From Cyanophyceae cyanobacterium (lineage in GTDB: Bacteria; Cyanobacteriota; Cyanobacteriia; Cyanobacteriales; JBHJGN01): a DNA stretch of 37,918 nt. This document shows positions 9,353 to 19,190 of the stretch, in pieces. The notes beneath the pieces were generated by a model. It did not search any database and was not told the DNA's origin. It saw only the letters and a list, made by a program, of their open reading frames with translations. Where the stretch lies: the NCBI GenBank assembly GCA_050331735.1, contig JBHJGN010000035.1:1-37918 (forward strand), in the 5' to 3' direction. Both the position numbers and the translations under genes were made by a program. Position 1 is the first letter of the stretch; every line of letters starts with the position of its first letter.

Positions 9353-10774
9353 TTATCTCTGGTGTTTCCAAGTGCCGTGAAAGCTATGGGGAATTACGCT
9401 GGGCAACTCTAGCCGACAGAGAGGATCATCTTCTAGGCGATCGCTTTCGTAAACTCTCACTTCGCTTGTATCGGTATCGCCGTCGTAAACTACCGTTAGC
9501 ACCCATCCCTGCTCAGAATGGGGGGCAGCGGGGACAAAAATTGGTTCTGACGGATAGCAATTTTTGCCCATGTCTGCGACGGATAGAGCGCCAGAGGAGC
9601 GGTCGTAGCGAGCGATTGCCCCAAATAACTCTTGCCCGACATCCGCCTCATCTCGATGCATGGAGAGATAGCTATACCGCCACGGCTGTCCGGTTTGATG
9701 CTGCGGCACAACAGGAAACTCACAGCTTCGATCCAGTACTTCGGCAGCCTCCTTGACAGCTCCCGTCTGCGGAGCGAGACGCATCTGCCACAGAGTGGCC
9801 CTGGCTGGGGTTTGAATCGTTCCCGTGGCCACTTCCTTGACGTTCTGGTTGGTTTGAAAGTTAGGAAAGCGAGCCACTTCAATCACTAGCTCATCGGCAT
9901 CACGATAGCCGTTGGCAAAATGCCACTGATACCAGGGATCTGCTTCTGCGCGACTGACTAAGTTAAGGTCGCGGTCGATGACGAGAATGTGAGTGCCTAG
10001 CTGGGGCTTCCACTCCATCGCGTCGCTAAAGCTGCTCAGACCAACAGCAGCGCTCAGCAAGTTAACCCGCACTGGCGGGATACAAAAAACTAGGTACGGT
10101 CCTGCCAGAATGAAATCGTGAACGAGCGGCAATCCTTCGAGCTGAACGGAACTCGTTTTAATGATTTGGCCAGAGGAGTTGCTTTTGTACAGCTTGAGGG
10201 ATGCTTGGGGACCAGCGACAATGCCGAAGTTGAAAATTTCTCCCGTGTCTGGAGCAACTTTAGGATGGGCTGAAAAAGGTTCCCCCTCCTCTAGTTTCTC
10301 TAAGTTTTCGGTTCCCCACGTTTCCAAGGTGTGTAGATCCAGAGAGTGGGGGTTGCCTCCCTCCCAAAGAGCCAGTAGCTTATCCGGCAGGGCTAACACT
10401 GATGTATTAGCGGCATTTTTGACCTTTCTAAACCAATTATTCCAGAATGGTCCTGGAGCCGTCATTCCGTAGTTGGGAAACAAAAACGACTCGGCAGCAG
10501 CTTCCTGCTGATAGCCAGCGGTTTGCACGTAGCGATAAACGGCACTGGCTCCCTGGTCAGCAAAGTGAACGGCCAAAACAGCCCCATCCCCATCAAACCA
10601 GTGTCCTACTCGTTCTCCCCCCCGTTCCAAGCGCCCGGGTCCGTTGCGATAGAGGGTTCCCCGCAGTCCTTCTGGCAGTCGGCCCACTACAGGCAGAGGG
10701 GTGAGCGAAAATTCCTGGGCCGGTTGGGCGATCGCCTGAGCCCAAGCAGGACACGATAATGATGCAGTTGGCAT
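9353..10774 (-). CDS. Carotenoid cleavage oxygenase (RPE65 family)
   Basis: GTLYRNGPG, HWFDGDG, four candidate Fe-ligand His (AHPK, VHDF, WHFAN, HSFHG), CEFP, SEPIFVP. Confidence 0.93.
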   Translation of the reverse strand: MPTASLSCPAWAQAIAQPAQEFSLTPLPVVGRLPEGLRGTLYRNGPGRLERGGERVGHWFDGDGAVLAVHFADQGASAVYRYVQTAGYQQEAAAESFLFPNYGMTAPGPFWNNWFRKVKNAANTSVLALPDKLLALWEGGNPHSLDLHTLETWGTENLEKLEEGEPFSAHPKVAPDTGEIFNFGIVAGPQASLKLYKSNSSGQIIKTSSVQLEGLPLVHDFILAGPYLVFCIPPVRVNLLSAAVGLSSFSDAMEWKPQLGTHILVIDRDLNLVSRAEADPWYQWHFANGYRDADELVIEVARFPNFQTNQNVKEVATGTIQTPARATLWQMRLAPQTGAVKEAAEVLDRSCEFPVVPQHQTGQPWRYSYLSMHRDEADVGQELFGAIARYDRSSGALSVADMGKNCYPSEPIFVPAAPHSEQGWVLTVVYDGDTDTSEVRVYESDRLEDDPLCRLELPSVIPHSFHGTWKHQR

Positions 10775-10922
10775 GACTGAGCCTAGGGATGAATGAATAC
10801 TTTTATTCTATTAATTTCGATTAATCTTGCTGTCGGCAGAATTGAGGAGCAGCGCTGCCAGCACAGGACAGCACAAAAACTCACAACTTCCTTATCCCCC
10901 ATTCCTCCGACTGGAAACACAG

Positions 10923-11966
10923 CTATGAAACCTGCAATCCTCTCGATTTAAGCAGTCGTTCTCGCTTCTTGCGGGCGATCGCCTGCAAATCAATACTTCT
11001 ATCGGTCTCGTCAACGATTTCTCCAGTAATGACCTCCAGAACGTCTTCTAGGGTAATTACTCCAGAAACTCCTCCATATTCGTCGAGGACGACCATCAAA
11101 TGTTCGCGGGTTTCCTGAAACGCTTTGAGGAGCTTGTCTGCCCTCACCGTTTCTGGTACAAAACGAGCTGGACGGGTCAGAGTAGCGATTTGCTGAGTTT
11201 GTTGGCCTTGGATAATAGCGGTCAGCAATTCGTGTTTGAGAGCAATACCAAGCACCTGATCGATGGAATCTTCGCTTACTAAAATGCGAGTGTGCTGCGA
11301 GGCAATAATTTTGGATTTGCCTTCAGCAAGCGTGAGCTGACCGCGGATGTGGGTAATGATCACTCTCGGTGTCATCAGTTCAGCGGCAGTCAGGTCGTTG
11401 AGTTGAAAAACCCGCACAATCATGTCGGCCTCATCATCCTCAATGACGCCTTCTTGAAAACCAATTTTCGTCAATAGCTGAATTTCTGCCTCGTTAGTGG
11501 TGGGGAGCCTTTGACCTTTGATGAGGGGAGCCGTCACTTTCTCCATCAGCCACACCAATGGAGTGAGCAGAATTGTTAGAAATCTTACTGGGAGAGCAAT
11601 GGCCAAGGCGATTGACTCTGCGTAACGCTCTGCTAACGTTTTGGGCACAATTTCCCCAAAAACAATAATCAAGAACGTGAGCACTCCTGAAAAGATTCCC
11701 AGTCCAGCATCACCGAGAACTTGGGCGGCCAAACTACCAATGACAATACTGCCCACAATATTGAACACGTTGTTAATAATGACAATCGTGGCAATTGGAC
11801 GGTTAATTTTCTGACGAATGGCAAGAAGAGCTTGGGCTGCTGGCTTTTTCGTTTGGGCTAATTGTCGAACTCTAATCCGAGAAACTGAAAGGAGAGCGGT
11901 TTCCGAACCAGAACAAATCGCTGAACCGCTGACAACAATCAGCACAACGATAAAAATTTCAAGCAT
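10923..11966 (-). CDS. CNNM (DUF21) + CBS-pair membrane protein, HlyC/CorC family
   Basis: SGSETALLS, FGEIVPKTLA, MTPR, VLDEYGGVSGVITLEDVLEVITGEIVDE. ATG at 11966 preferred. Confidence 0.9.
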   Translation of the reverse strand: MLEIFIVVLIVVSGSAICSGSETALLSVSRIRVRQLAQTKKPAAQALLAIRQKINRPIATIVIINNVFNIVGSIVIGSLAAQVLGDAGLGIFSGVLTFLIIVFGEIVPKTLAERYAESIALAIALPVRFLTILLTPLVWLMEKVTAPLIKGQRLPTTNEAEIQLLTKIGFQEGVIEDDEADMIVRVFQLNDLTAAELMTPRVIITHIRGQLTLAEGKSKIIASQHTRILVSEDSIDQVLGIALKHELLTAIIQGQQTQQIATLTRPARFVPETVRADKLLKAFQETREHLMVVLDEYGGVSGVITLEDVLEVITGEIVDETDRSIDLQAIARKKRERLLKSRGLQVS

Positions 11967-12024
11967 AGTCGGTATGTCACAATCAAATTGGATCGGGCAG
12001 AGTCTACCCAATCCTCTATTGAAG

Positions 12025-12456
12025 CTAGTGCCTCACTGCCGCTGCTTCCTGCTGTTTCTGGGCGGAACCCTGTGTCCCTAGCTGAATGAGTTCGATTTTG
12101 TACCCGTCTGGATCGGTGACAAAGGCAATCACGGTTGAACCATGTTTCATTGGACCTGGTTCTCTTGTGACTTGGCCACCAAGCTGTTTAATGCGAGCGC
12201 AGGTTTCGTAAATATCGTCGACCCCGAGAGCAATATGACCATAGCCATCGCCAAGACTGTATTTGTCGGTCCCCCAGTTGTAGGTCAGCTCGATCACGGT
12301 ATGGTCGGATTCATCTCCATACCCAACGAAAGCAAGAGTAAATTGACCTCCAGGATAGTCCTTGCGGCGCAGACACTTCATTCCCAGCACGTCGCAGTAA
12401 AATTTTAGCGATTCTTCTAAATTACCGACGCGCAGCATGGTGTGTAGCATTCGCAT
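12025..12456 (-). CDS. gloA: Lactoylglutathione lyase (glyoxalase I)
   Basis: [33 protein letters not shown]. Confidence 0.96.
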   Translation of the reverse strand: MRMLHTMLRVGNLEESLKFYCDVLGMKCLRRKDYPGGQFTLAFVGYGDESDHTVIELTYNWGTDKYSLGDGYGHIALGVDDIYETCARIKQLGGQVTREPGPMKHGSTVIAFVTDPDGYKIELIQLGTQGSAQKQQEAAAVRH

Positions 12457-12611
12457 GAGTTTTTTAACTCCCTCATTGTATTTGTCGTCTTTCCCCTATT
12501 CTGCCACTACAAGTTAATTCGGAATTAAATGAGGGCGGTTTTCGATTGCGTCGATTGTTGATAGACGATAGTTAACTGCTTTCCAAGGGCAACAACAGGG
12601 ACGACTCTAAA

Positions 12612-14420
12612 TCAAGAATTGAGCTGAAGCACCGCCATAAACGCTTCTTGGGGAACATCGACGGTGCCAATGGCTTTCATGCGTTTTTTTCCTTTAGCTT
12701 GCTTTTGCAGCAGCTTCTTCTTTCTGGAGATATCGCCGCCGTAGCATTTGGCGAGGACGTCTTTCCGCAGGGCCGGAATATGTTCGCTGGCAATGACTTT
12801 TGTCCCAATAGCGGCCTGAAGCGGAATCTTGAACTGATGGCGAGGAATGAGTTCTTTGAGCTTTTCTGTTAAAGCACGACCAACGTGGTAGGCTTTGTCT
12901 CGGTGGACAATCATCGCTAGAGAATCAACCCCGTCTCCATTGACCAGGATATCGAGTTTGACGAGGTGGTTCTCTCGATAGCCAATGAGCTGATATTCCA
13001 TGCTGGCGTAGCCGCGAGAGCGGGATTTGAGCTGGTCAAAAAAGTCAGTGACCACTTCTGCTAAGGGTAGTTCATAAATCAGGGTGGTGCGGGTGAGGGT
13101 AAAGTACTTCATATCGATAAACTCCCCCCGCCGCGTCTGACATAAATCCATGAGCGGACCGACGTATTCTTCGGGCGTAATCATTTCCACGCGAATGTAC
13201 GGCTCCTCAATTTTTATCCGCTTCTGCGGCGGCATCAGTTGACTGGGGTTATCAATTTCGACCACTTCTCCGTCAACGGTGGTAACGCGATAGATTACCG
13301 ATGGCGCCGTGGTAATCAGGTCGAGGTCGTATTCTCGCTCGAGCCGTTCCTGGACAATTTCTAGGTGCAGCAAGCCAAGGAAGCCGCAGCGGAAGCCAAA
13401 GCCCATGGCGCTAGAGGTTTCTGGTTCATAGGACAGGGCAGCGTCGTTGAGCTTGAGCTTATCTAGTGCATCTCTAAGATCTTCGTACTGATCGGAACTG
13501 GTGGGAAATAAGCCGCAGAAAACCATTGGTTTAGCTTCGGTGTAGCCCGGCAGTGGCTCTTTCGCTGGGGCATCCGCGAGGGTAATGGTGTCGCCAACGC
13601 GAGCATCTTCTACCGTTTTAATGGCGGCGGCGATATAGCCCACTTCCCCGGCATGCAGTTCGTCTACCTGGATCTGGTTGGGAGAAAGCACTCCTAATTC
13701 ATCGATTTCGTACTCTTTCCCGGATGCCATCAGCCGAATGCGATCGCCTTTTTTCACTCGTCCGTCCATGACGCGAAAATAGACAATCGCTCCGCGATAG
13801 GGATCGTAGTAGCTATCAAAGATGAGCGCTCTTAGGGGCTGAGCAACCGTATCCTGGGGTGGCGGCACCAAATGGACAATCGATTCTAGAATCTCGTTGA
13901 TGCCGATGCCCTCTTTGGCTGAGGCTCGAATAATGCCGCTACAGTCTAAGCCCACCACCTCTTCGATTTCTTCGGCCACTCGTTCTGGTTCGGCCCCGGG
14001 GAGGTCAATTTTGTTTAAAACGGGAATAATTTCCAGGTCGTTATCTAGGGCCAGATAAACATTCGCCAGCGTTTGGGCCTCTACGCCTTGAGAGGCATCG
14101 ACCACCAGCAACGCGCCTTCACAGGCCGCCAGAGAGCGAGAGACTTCGTAGGAAAAATCAACATGCCCGGGAGTATCAATCAAGTTGATCACGTAGGTTT
14201 CCCCATCGCTCGCTCGATAATTCATGCGAGCCGCCTGAAGCTTGATCGTGATGCCCCGCTCTCGTTCTAGGTCCATGCTGTCGAGAAACTGTTCTTTCAT
14301 CTCCCTCTGAGCCACTGTATCCGTGACCTGCAACAGGCGATCGGCTAGGGTCGATTTACCGTGATCGATGTGGGCGATAATCGAAAAATTACGAATGCGA
14401 GAGACGGGAACGTCAGTCAT
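12612..14420 (-). CDS. lepA: Translation elongation factor 4
   Basis: [47 protein letters not shown]. Confidence 0.98.
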   Translation of the reverse strand: MTDVPVSRIRNFSIIAHIDHGKSTLADRLLQVTDTVAQREMKEQFLDSMDLERERGITIKLQAARMNYRASDGETYVINLIDTPGHVDFSYEVSRSLAACEGALLVVDASQGVEAQTLANVYLALDNDLEIIPVLNKIDLPGAEPERVAEEIEEVVGLDCSGIIRASAKEGIGINEILESIVHLVPPPQDTVAQPLRALIFDSYYDPYRGAIVYFRVMDGRVKKGDRIRLMASGKEYEIDELGVLSPNQIQVDELHAGEVGYIAAAIKTVEDARVGDTITLADAPAKEPLPGYTEAKPMVFCGLFPTSSDQYEDLRDALDKLKLNDAALSYEPETSSAMGFGFRCGFLGLLHLEIVQERLEREYDLDLITTAPSVIYRVTTVDGEVVEIDNPSQLMPPQKRIKIEEPYIRVEMITPEEYVGPLMDLCQTRRGEFIDMKYFTLTRTTLIYELPLAEVVTDFFDQLKSRSRGYASMEYQLIGYRENHLVKLDILVNGDGVDSLAMIVHRDKAYHVGRALTEKLKELIPRHQFKIPLQAAIGTKVIASEHIPALRKDVLAKCYGGDISRKKKLLQKQAKGKKRMKAIGTVDVPQEAFMAVLQLNS

Positions 14421-14473
14421 AATTTTGTGCTGGTAGAGGAAGAAGTCAGCATTAGCTTCATCTATTTTAATGT

Positions 14474-14983
14474 TTATTTTGGTCGATCATCGCCGATTGT
14501 CTGCGCTGCTGTGGGCAAGTACCGCTCCTGAAGTTCAGACCACTCAACTTCAATTCCCACTGGAGTGATTTGGGCGATGCGTCCGGGTTCGGCGTCAGCT
14601 AGCTGAATAGCGAGATAATCTGACGGGGAGTAGGACAGCCGACACGGCCACTCAATGGCGGTAATTCCCGGAGGACATTCTACTCCTTCCCAATAAATTT
14701 CTGGGTAAACAGACTCGACTTCACGAGCACTCAGCCGATACAGATCGAGGTGATACAAAGGTAAACGTCCCTGAGTATACTCATTAACGAGGGTAAAAGT
14801 CGGACTCACGATTGGCTCTCGAATGCCTAATCCTTCGCCAATTCCTGCTACTAGGGTGGTTTTTCCCGCTCCGAGAGCGCCCGCTAGTAAAATGACGCTC
14901 CCGGCTGGTAAAAGCTGACCCAAACCTCGCCCCAAGCCTCGCGTTGCTTCAGCATTGGCTAATAAAATCGCTATTTCTACCAT
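14474..14983 (-). CDS. tsaE: tRNA threonylcarbamoyladenosine biosynthesis ATPase
   Basis: [25 protein letters not shown]. Confidence 0.95.
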   Translation of the reverse strand: MVEIAILLANAEATRGLGRGLGQLLPAGSVILLAGALGAGKTTLVAGIGEGLGIREPIVSPTFTLVNEYTQGRLPLYHLDLYRLSAREVESVYPEIYWEGVECPPGITAIEWPCRLSYSPSDYLAIQLADAEPGRIAQITPVGIEVEWSELQERYLPTAAQTIGDDRPK

Positions 14984-15091
14984 ATTGAACCTGGTACTGC
15001 CTAGCCATCCAGGGAATTAAACGACTACTTTCATCCTAATCCGCAGGAAGCAGGAGCGCTTGATGTTTAACTCACTACCCACTGGTCGCCG

Positions 15092-16531
15092 TCAACGACG
15101 ATGGCGGACTTGCTTCGGCTTAGCCTGCTGCCGTTGGGGTCGCATTGGCTTACGGACTTTCGGCTGTCCTTTGCTACCAAACCAGCGGAGCAAAACTCTT
15201 GCCAGCCGCTGTGGATCGTGGCGAACGTAGCCAGTGTATCGGTTTTCATCCATGACGTCTGCAATAACAATGCGTCGCCCGAGCTGCATAATTTGCTCGC
15301 GGTCTACCGTAACCGGATAGGAGTTTTCCTCCGCGTAGCGTTTCAATGTCTCTGGAGAGGGCGATCGCCGATGCACCAGCACCGCATCAAACAGGGGTTG
15401 GCCACAGCTCCGGTCGATAGCGCGAATATGATCGGTGACGCTGTAGCCATCGGTTTCTCCAGGTTGCGTCATGATGTTGCAGACGTAGATGCGCAGAGCT
15501 TGAGTCTGGGCGAGGGCACGCTGAATATCTGGAACGAGTAAATTAGGAATGACGCTAGTATAGAGGCTTCCTGGTCCAATAACGATGTATTCAGCGTTGC
15601 GGATGGCCTTGAGGGCTGCCGGCACTGCTGGCGGAGACTCTGGGTAGCAGCCGATGGTGGCGATTTGTCCGCCAGCATGGGTAATATTCGATTCTCCCTC
15701 AATGAGACGACCGTCGGTTAATTGTGCCCACAGCCGAACATCGCTCAGCGTCGCTGGCAAAACCCGCCCCCGAATGGCTAGCACCTGCGAGCTAGCAGCG
15801 ATCGCTCTTTCTAAATCTCCTGTAACCTCACTCATGGCCGTCAGAAACAGATTGCCAAAGCTATGACCGATTAACCCATCACCAGCTCGAAATCGATATT
15901 GAAACAGCTCCGTCAGCAGTTTTTCCTCGTCTGCTAAAGCCGCTAAACAGTTACGAATATCTCCGGGGGGAAGAACGCCAATCTCTCGCCGCAGCCGACC
16001 CGAAGAACCGCCATCGTCAGCCACGGTAACAATGGCTGTGATGTTACCGCTGTATTGTTTGAGACCGCGCAGAAGCGTTGACAGCCCCGTGCCTCCGCCA
16101 ATGGCGACAATTTTCGGTCCTCGATTGAGGCGACGGTGAGCCAGCAACACGTCTACAAGTTCCTGATCGTTCTCTGGCTTGAGAACTTCAGTAATCAAAT
16201 CAAAAGCACGAGCTTGCCCCCAAAAAATTAAAAAGATTCCAATCATGATGGCAAGAGGTCCTGAAACATAGCTAGGAACGATACTTGCTATGGCTTCTAA
16301 TATTCCAGACGTAAATTCGAGCAGCCGATAAACTGGTGTTAAATTAACCCAAATCGCAATCCCTAAGCTCGTCAGCAACACGCCAGTTGCGCTCAGGAGC
16401 AGCCAGCGCTTGACAAACAAACCAGGAAACAACCACTTTAACCAATGATTGATTCGTGGAGTCTTCTGTGCGGAGCCACTTCTTTTGGCCGCTAGTTTGC
16501 GTAAAGCTCTTTTAACCGCAGGGACGATCAT
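15092..16531 (-). CDS. yvcK: YvcK/GlmR (UPF0052) family protein with N-terminal membrane segments
   Basis: [49 protein letters not shown]. Confidence 0.9.
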   Translation of the reverse strand: MIVPAVKRALRKLAAKRSGSAQKTPRINHWLKWLFPGLFVKRWLLLSATGVLLTSLGIAIWVNLTPVYRLLEFTSGILEAIASIVPSYVSGPLAIMIGIFLIFWGQARAFDLITEVLKPENDQELVDVLLAHRRLNRGPKIVAIGGGTGLSTLLRGLKQYSGNITAIVTVADDGGSSGRLRREIGVLPPGDIRNCLAALADEEKLLTELFQYRFRAGDGLIGHSFGNLFLTAMSEVTGDLERAIAASSQVLAIRGRVLPATLSDVRLWAQLTDGRLIEGESNITHAGGQIATIGCYPESPPAVPAALKAIRNAEYIVIGPGSLYTSVIPNLLVPDIQRALAQTQALRIYVCNIMTQPGETDGYSVTDHIRAIDRSCGQPLFDAVLVHRRSPSPETLKRYAEENSYPVTVDREQIMQLGRRIVIADVMDENRYTGYVRHDPQRLARVLLRWFGSKGQPKVRKPMRPQRQQAKPKQVRHRR

Positions 16532-16728
16532 AAAATAATAGTCTCAGTAGACTCGACCAACGTTAACGGAATGGCAATCTTCATTCTGCTCAGTGGTTAA
16601 CCTTATGTTATTTGAGGTGGAGCACTAAAAACTTCATCAATACGAATCTTAATCAGGATACAGTAGATTAGCTGATAATGGGTTGAAACTAGCTTCTAGC
16701 CACTTAAAATACAAGAGTCGCACGTTGA

Positions 16729-16878
16729 CAAGCTCTTAGCTCCAGGAAAGCTGTTAGCTATTAGCGTTTAGCTTCAAGAAAGCTTTCAGCTCAATCTAGG
16801 GGGTCCGCTAGTCAAGCATCTAGTCGCTAAGAGCGCTTCGGCTAAGAGCTTGCTGAAGGCTCAATAGCTAACAGCTTT
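16729..16878. repeat. AGCT-rich heptamer region bounded by a perfect 16-bp inverted repeat
   Basis: AAAGCTGTTAGCTATT (16747-16762) / AATAGCTAACAGCTTT (16863-16878); also CAAGCTCTTAGC (16729-16740) / GCTAAGAGCTTG (16841-16852). Confidence 0.75.
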
Positions 16879-16902
16879 TTAAAACTAACTGTGAGAAAGC
16901 TG

Positions 16903-17496
16903 ATGGAAAAGCGTATTTTGGGACTCGATCCGGGAATTGCCATTTTGGGATTTGGAACCATTATTTGTCAAACAGCACTCGCCGCTTCAGGAGAAGGCTC
17001 CGGCGACCGTGCGGCTGAGGTGCCGGACGCCGGAGAATCTCTGGCCGGTACGCGCACTGGCTGTTTTGAACTCGCTCAAGGTCGCGTTCAGCTAGCGTCG
17101 CCTGTCCGCCTGCTTGATTTTGGCGTGATTCAAACCTCGTCTCGTACCGCTGTTGGCAAGAGGCTTTGCACAATTTACGAGGATCTGCACGTCCTAATCG
17201 AGGACTTACAGCCGGATTTAGTGGCCGTAGAAAAGCTGTTTTTCTACCGAATGGGAAACACCATTACGGTCGCTCAGGCGCGAGGAGTGCTGATGCTAGT
17301 ACTCGCTCAGGCTAATCTTCCTTACGTCGAATTTACCCCCGCACAGGTCAAACAAGCATTAACAGGCTATGGCAATGCTGATAAACGCGAAGTCCAAACA
17401 GCCGTAGCGCGAGAGCTAGATTTAGACTCGGTTCCTAGGCCGGACGATGCCGCCGATGCCCTGGCGATCGCTCTAACGGCGTGGTTTAGACTGTGA
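16903..17496 (+). CDS. ruvC: Holliday junction resolvase with an internal insertion
   Basis: [47 protein letters not shown] at 16903. Confidence 0.95.
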   Translation: MEKRILGLDPGIAILGFGTIICQTALAASGEGSGDRAAEVPDAGESLAGTRTGCFELAQGRVQLASPVRLLDFGVIQTSSRTAVGKRLCTIYEDLHVLIEDLQPDLVAVEKLFFYRMGNTITVAQARGVLMLVLAQANLPYVEFTPAQVKQALTGYGNADKREVQTAVARELDLDSVPRPDDAADALAIALTAWFRL

Positions 17497-17553
17497 AAGA
17501 CAGTCGCTTCGCGACGGGGAGAGAACACTTAATCAAGGAACAAGCTAATGTAC

Positions 17554-17620
17554 TCCCCCTTTCCCCCTTCCCCTTTGCCCTTTCCCCGTTGCGCAGCAAC
17601 TTCCCCCTTCCCCTTTCCCC
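17554..17620. repeat. TTCCCCY heptamer tandem repeat with embedded mini-hairpin
   Basis: TCCCCCT TTCCCCC TTCCCCT TTGCCCT TTCCCC, then GTTGC-GCA-GCAAC (17588-17600), then TTCCCCC TTCCCCT TTCCCC. Confidence 0.75.
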
Positions 17621-17637
17621 CGCGCCTGCGGCGGACT

Positions 17638-17666
17638 AAAAAAGGGAAACCTTGTTGGGCTTCCCT
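17638..17666 (-). terminator. Rho-independent terminator of gap2
   Basis: Minus strand AGGGAAGCC-CAACAA-GGTTTCCCT-TTTTT (one G-U pair), about 30 nt after the gap2 stop. Confidence 0.75.
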
Positions 17667-17695
17667 CTTAAACTAAATGCTGAGCGTCAACGGGC

Positions 17696-18712
17696 CTATG
17701 ACTTCCACTTCTGAGCCATTACTTCCGCTAAATCAACAACTCGCTGAGAGTACCCCCACTCGTTGTCGTACCAAGCAACAACTTTGAGCATATCGCCTCC
17801 CATCACCTTGGTGAGGCTGGCATCAACAACAGAAGAGTAGTTCGTTTTGCGATAGTCGCAGGAGACTAACTCCTCGTCGTTGTAGCCGAGAATTCCTTTT
17901 AGGGAGTTTTCAGAAGCCGCTTTGAGCGTTTCGTTTACCTGCTCGGTGATGACGTTGTTTTCAACCTGAGCAACAAAATCTACCACCGATACGTTGGGAG
18001 TCGGAACCCTTAGAGCAATCCCGTCTAGCTTGCCTTTGAGTTCTGGAATTACCAGAGCAACAGCTTTCGCGGCTCCGGTGGAGGTGGGAACAATATTAAT
18101 AGCGGCTGCCCGCGCCCGCCGCAAATCGCGGTGACTCGCATCTAAGATTCTTTGGTCACCGGTGTAGCTGTGGGTCGTCGTCATTGTTCCTTTAACAATG
18201 CCGAACTGTTCCTGAAGGACTTTAACAACGGGGGCAAGGCAGTTAGTCGTACAGCTAGCGTTACTAACAATGTCGTGCTTGTCGTGTTCGTAATCTTCGT
18301 GGTTGACCCCAACGACATAGGTACCAATGCCGCCTCCTTTTCCAGGAGCGGTAATCATAACTTTTTTCGCCCCGGCGGCTATGTGCTTGGAAGCTCCTGG
18401 TTCATCTCTAAACACACCAGTGGATTCAACGACTAAATCGATGTTCCAAGAGTCCCAGGGCAAGTTGAGGGGATTGCGGTCGGATACGCATTTGATGGTT
18501 TTTCCATTCACAATGAGGGAGTTCTCATCGAAGTCGATATCCGCATCTAAAGTTCCCAGCATCGAATCGTATTTCAACAGGTGGGCATTGGTTTTGGGAT
18601 CGGAGGTATCGTTGATACCAACGACTTCTAGCTGACTATTTTCACGAGTGAGCCAGCACCGCAGAAAGTTACGTCCAATGCGTCCAAACCCGTTAATTGC
18701 TACTCTAATCAC
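17696..18712 (-). CDS. gap2: NAD(P)-dependent glyceraldehyde-3-phosphate dehydrogenase (Calvin cycle type)
   Basis: [46 protein letters not shown] (Gap2/GapA-type loop); GTG start. Confidence 0.93.
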   Translation of the reverse strand: MIRVAINGFGRIGRNFLRCWLTRENSQLEVVGINDTSDPKTNAHLLKYDSMLGTLDADIDFDENSLIVNGKTIKCVSDRNPLNLPWDSWNIDLVVESTGVFRDEPGASKHIAAGAKKVMITAPGKGGGIGTYVVGVNHEDYEHDKHDIVSNASCTTNCLAPVVKVLQEQFGIVKGTMTTTHSYTGDQRILDASHRDLRRARAAAINIVPTSTGAAKAVALVIPELKGKLDGIALRVPTPNVSVVDFVAQVENNVITEQVNETLKAASENSLKGILGYNDEELVSCDYRKTNYSSVVDASLTKVMGGDMLKVVAWYDNEWGYSQRVVDLAEVMAQKWKS

Positions 18713-19190
18713 TGCGCTTTGCCCTCTATACTTTTATTGCAATAGATAAACTCTTCTAATGAACCCAATCATATCGTAAAGCCAGAACAATTCGACACAG
18801 AATCTGACTTAATTCTTGCTGTTTATTGTGGCTAGTCATACTCGGCTGCCGGAACCAGCTATTTGAGCAGCGATCGCCTGCGAGAATGCTGGGCTGTCTT
18901 TTGAAATGAGGTTCTTTAGTTCCGTTAGGTCGGAAACTTCTTGCTCATCTCTGAGCGCTGCATACTTGCGTCTCTAAGGACGGCTAGCTCTACATCAATT
19001 TGATGAAGAAATGTTGAGAATGATCGTCACCCAAAACCTCTTTGTCTAAATTAAATCAAACCTAAAAAAGCATTATTTTTGCGTTGTTGCCAAGTTTTGC
19101 TATTATCATACGCGAAGTTCCTATTTATTAAATATTGTTAATACAATATTTTGGTGATTTAATTGTTGCGGTGTGCCAGGAGAATTGGGC

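Noticed and set aside
16903..17496. TnpB/Cas12-like RuvC nuclease or intein
   Set aside because: Short canonical resolvase motifs only; no Zn finger, no array, no intein terminal residues.
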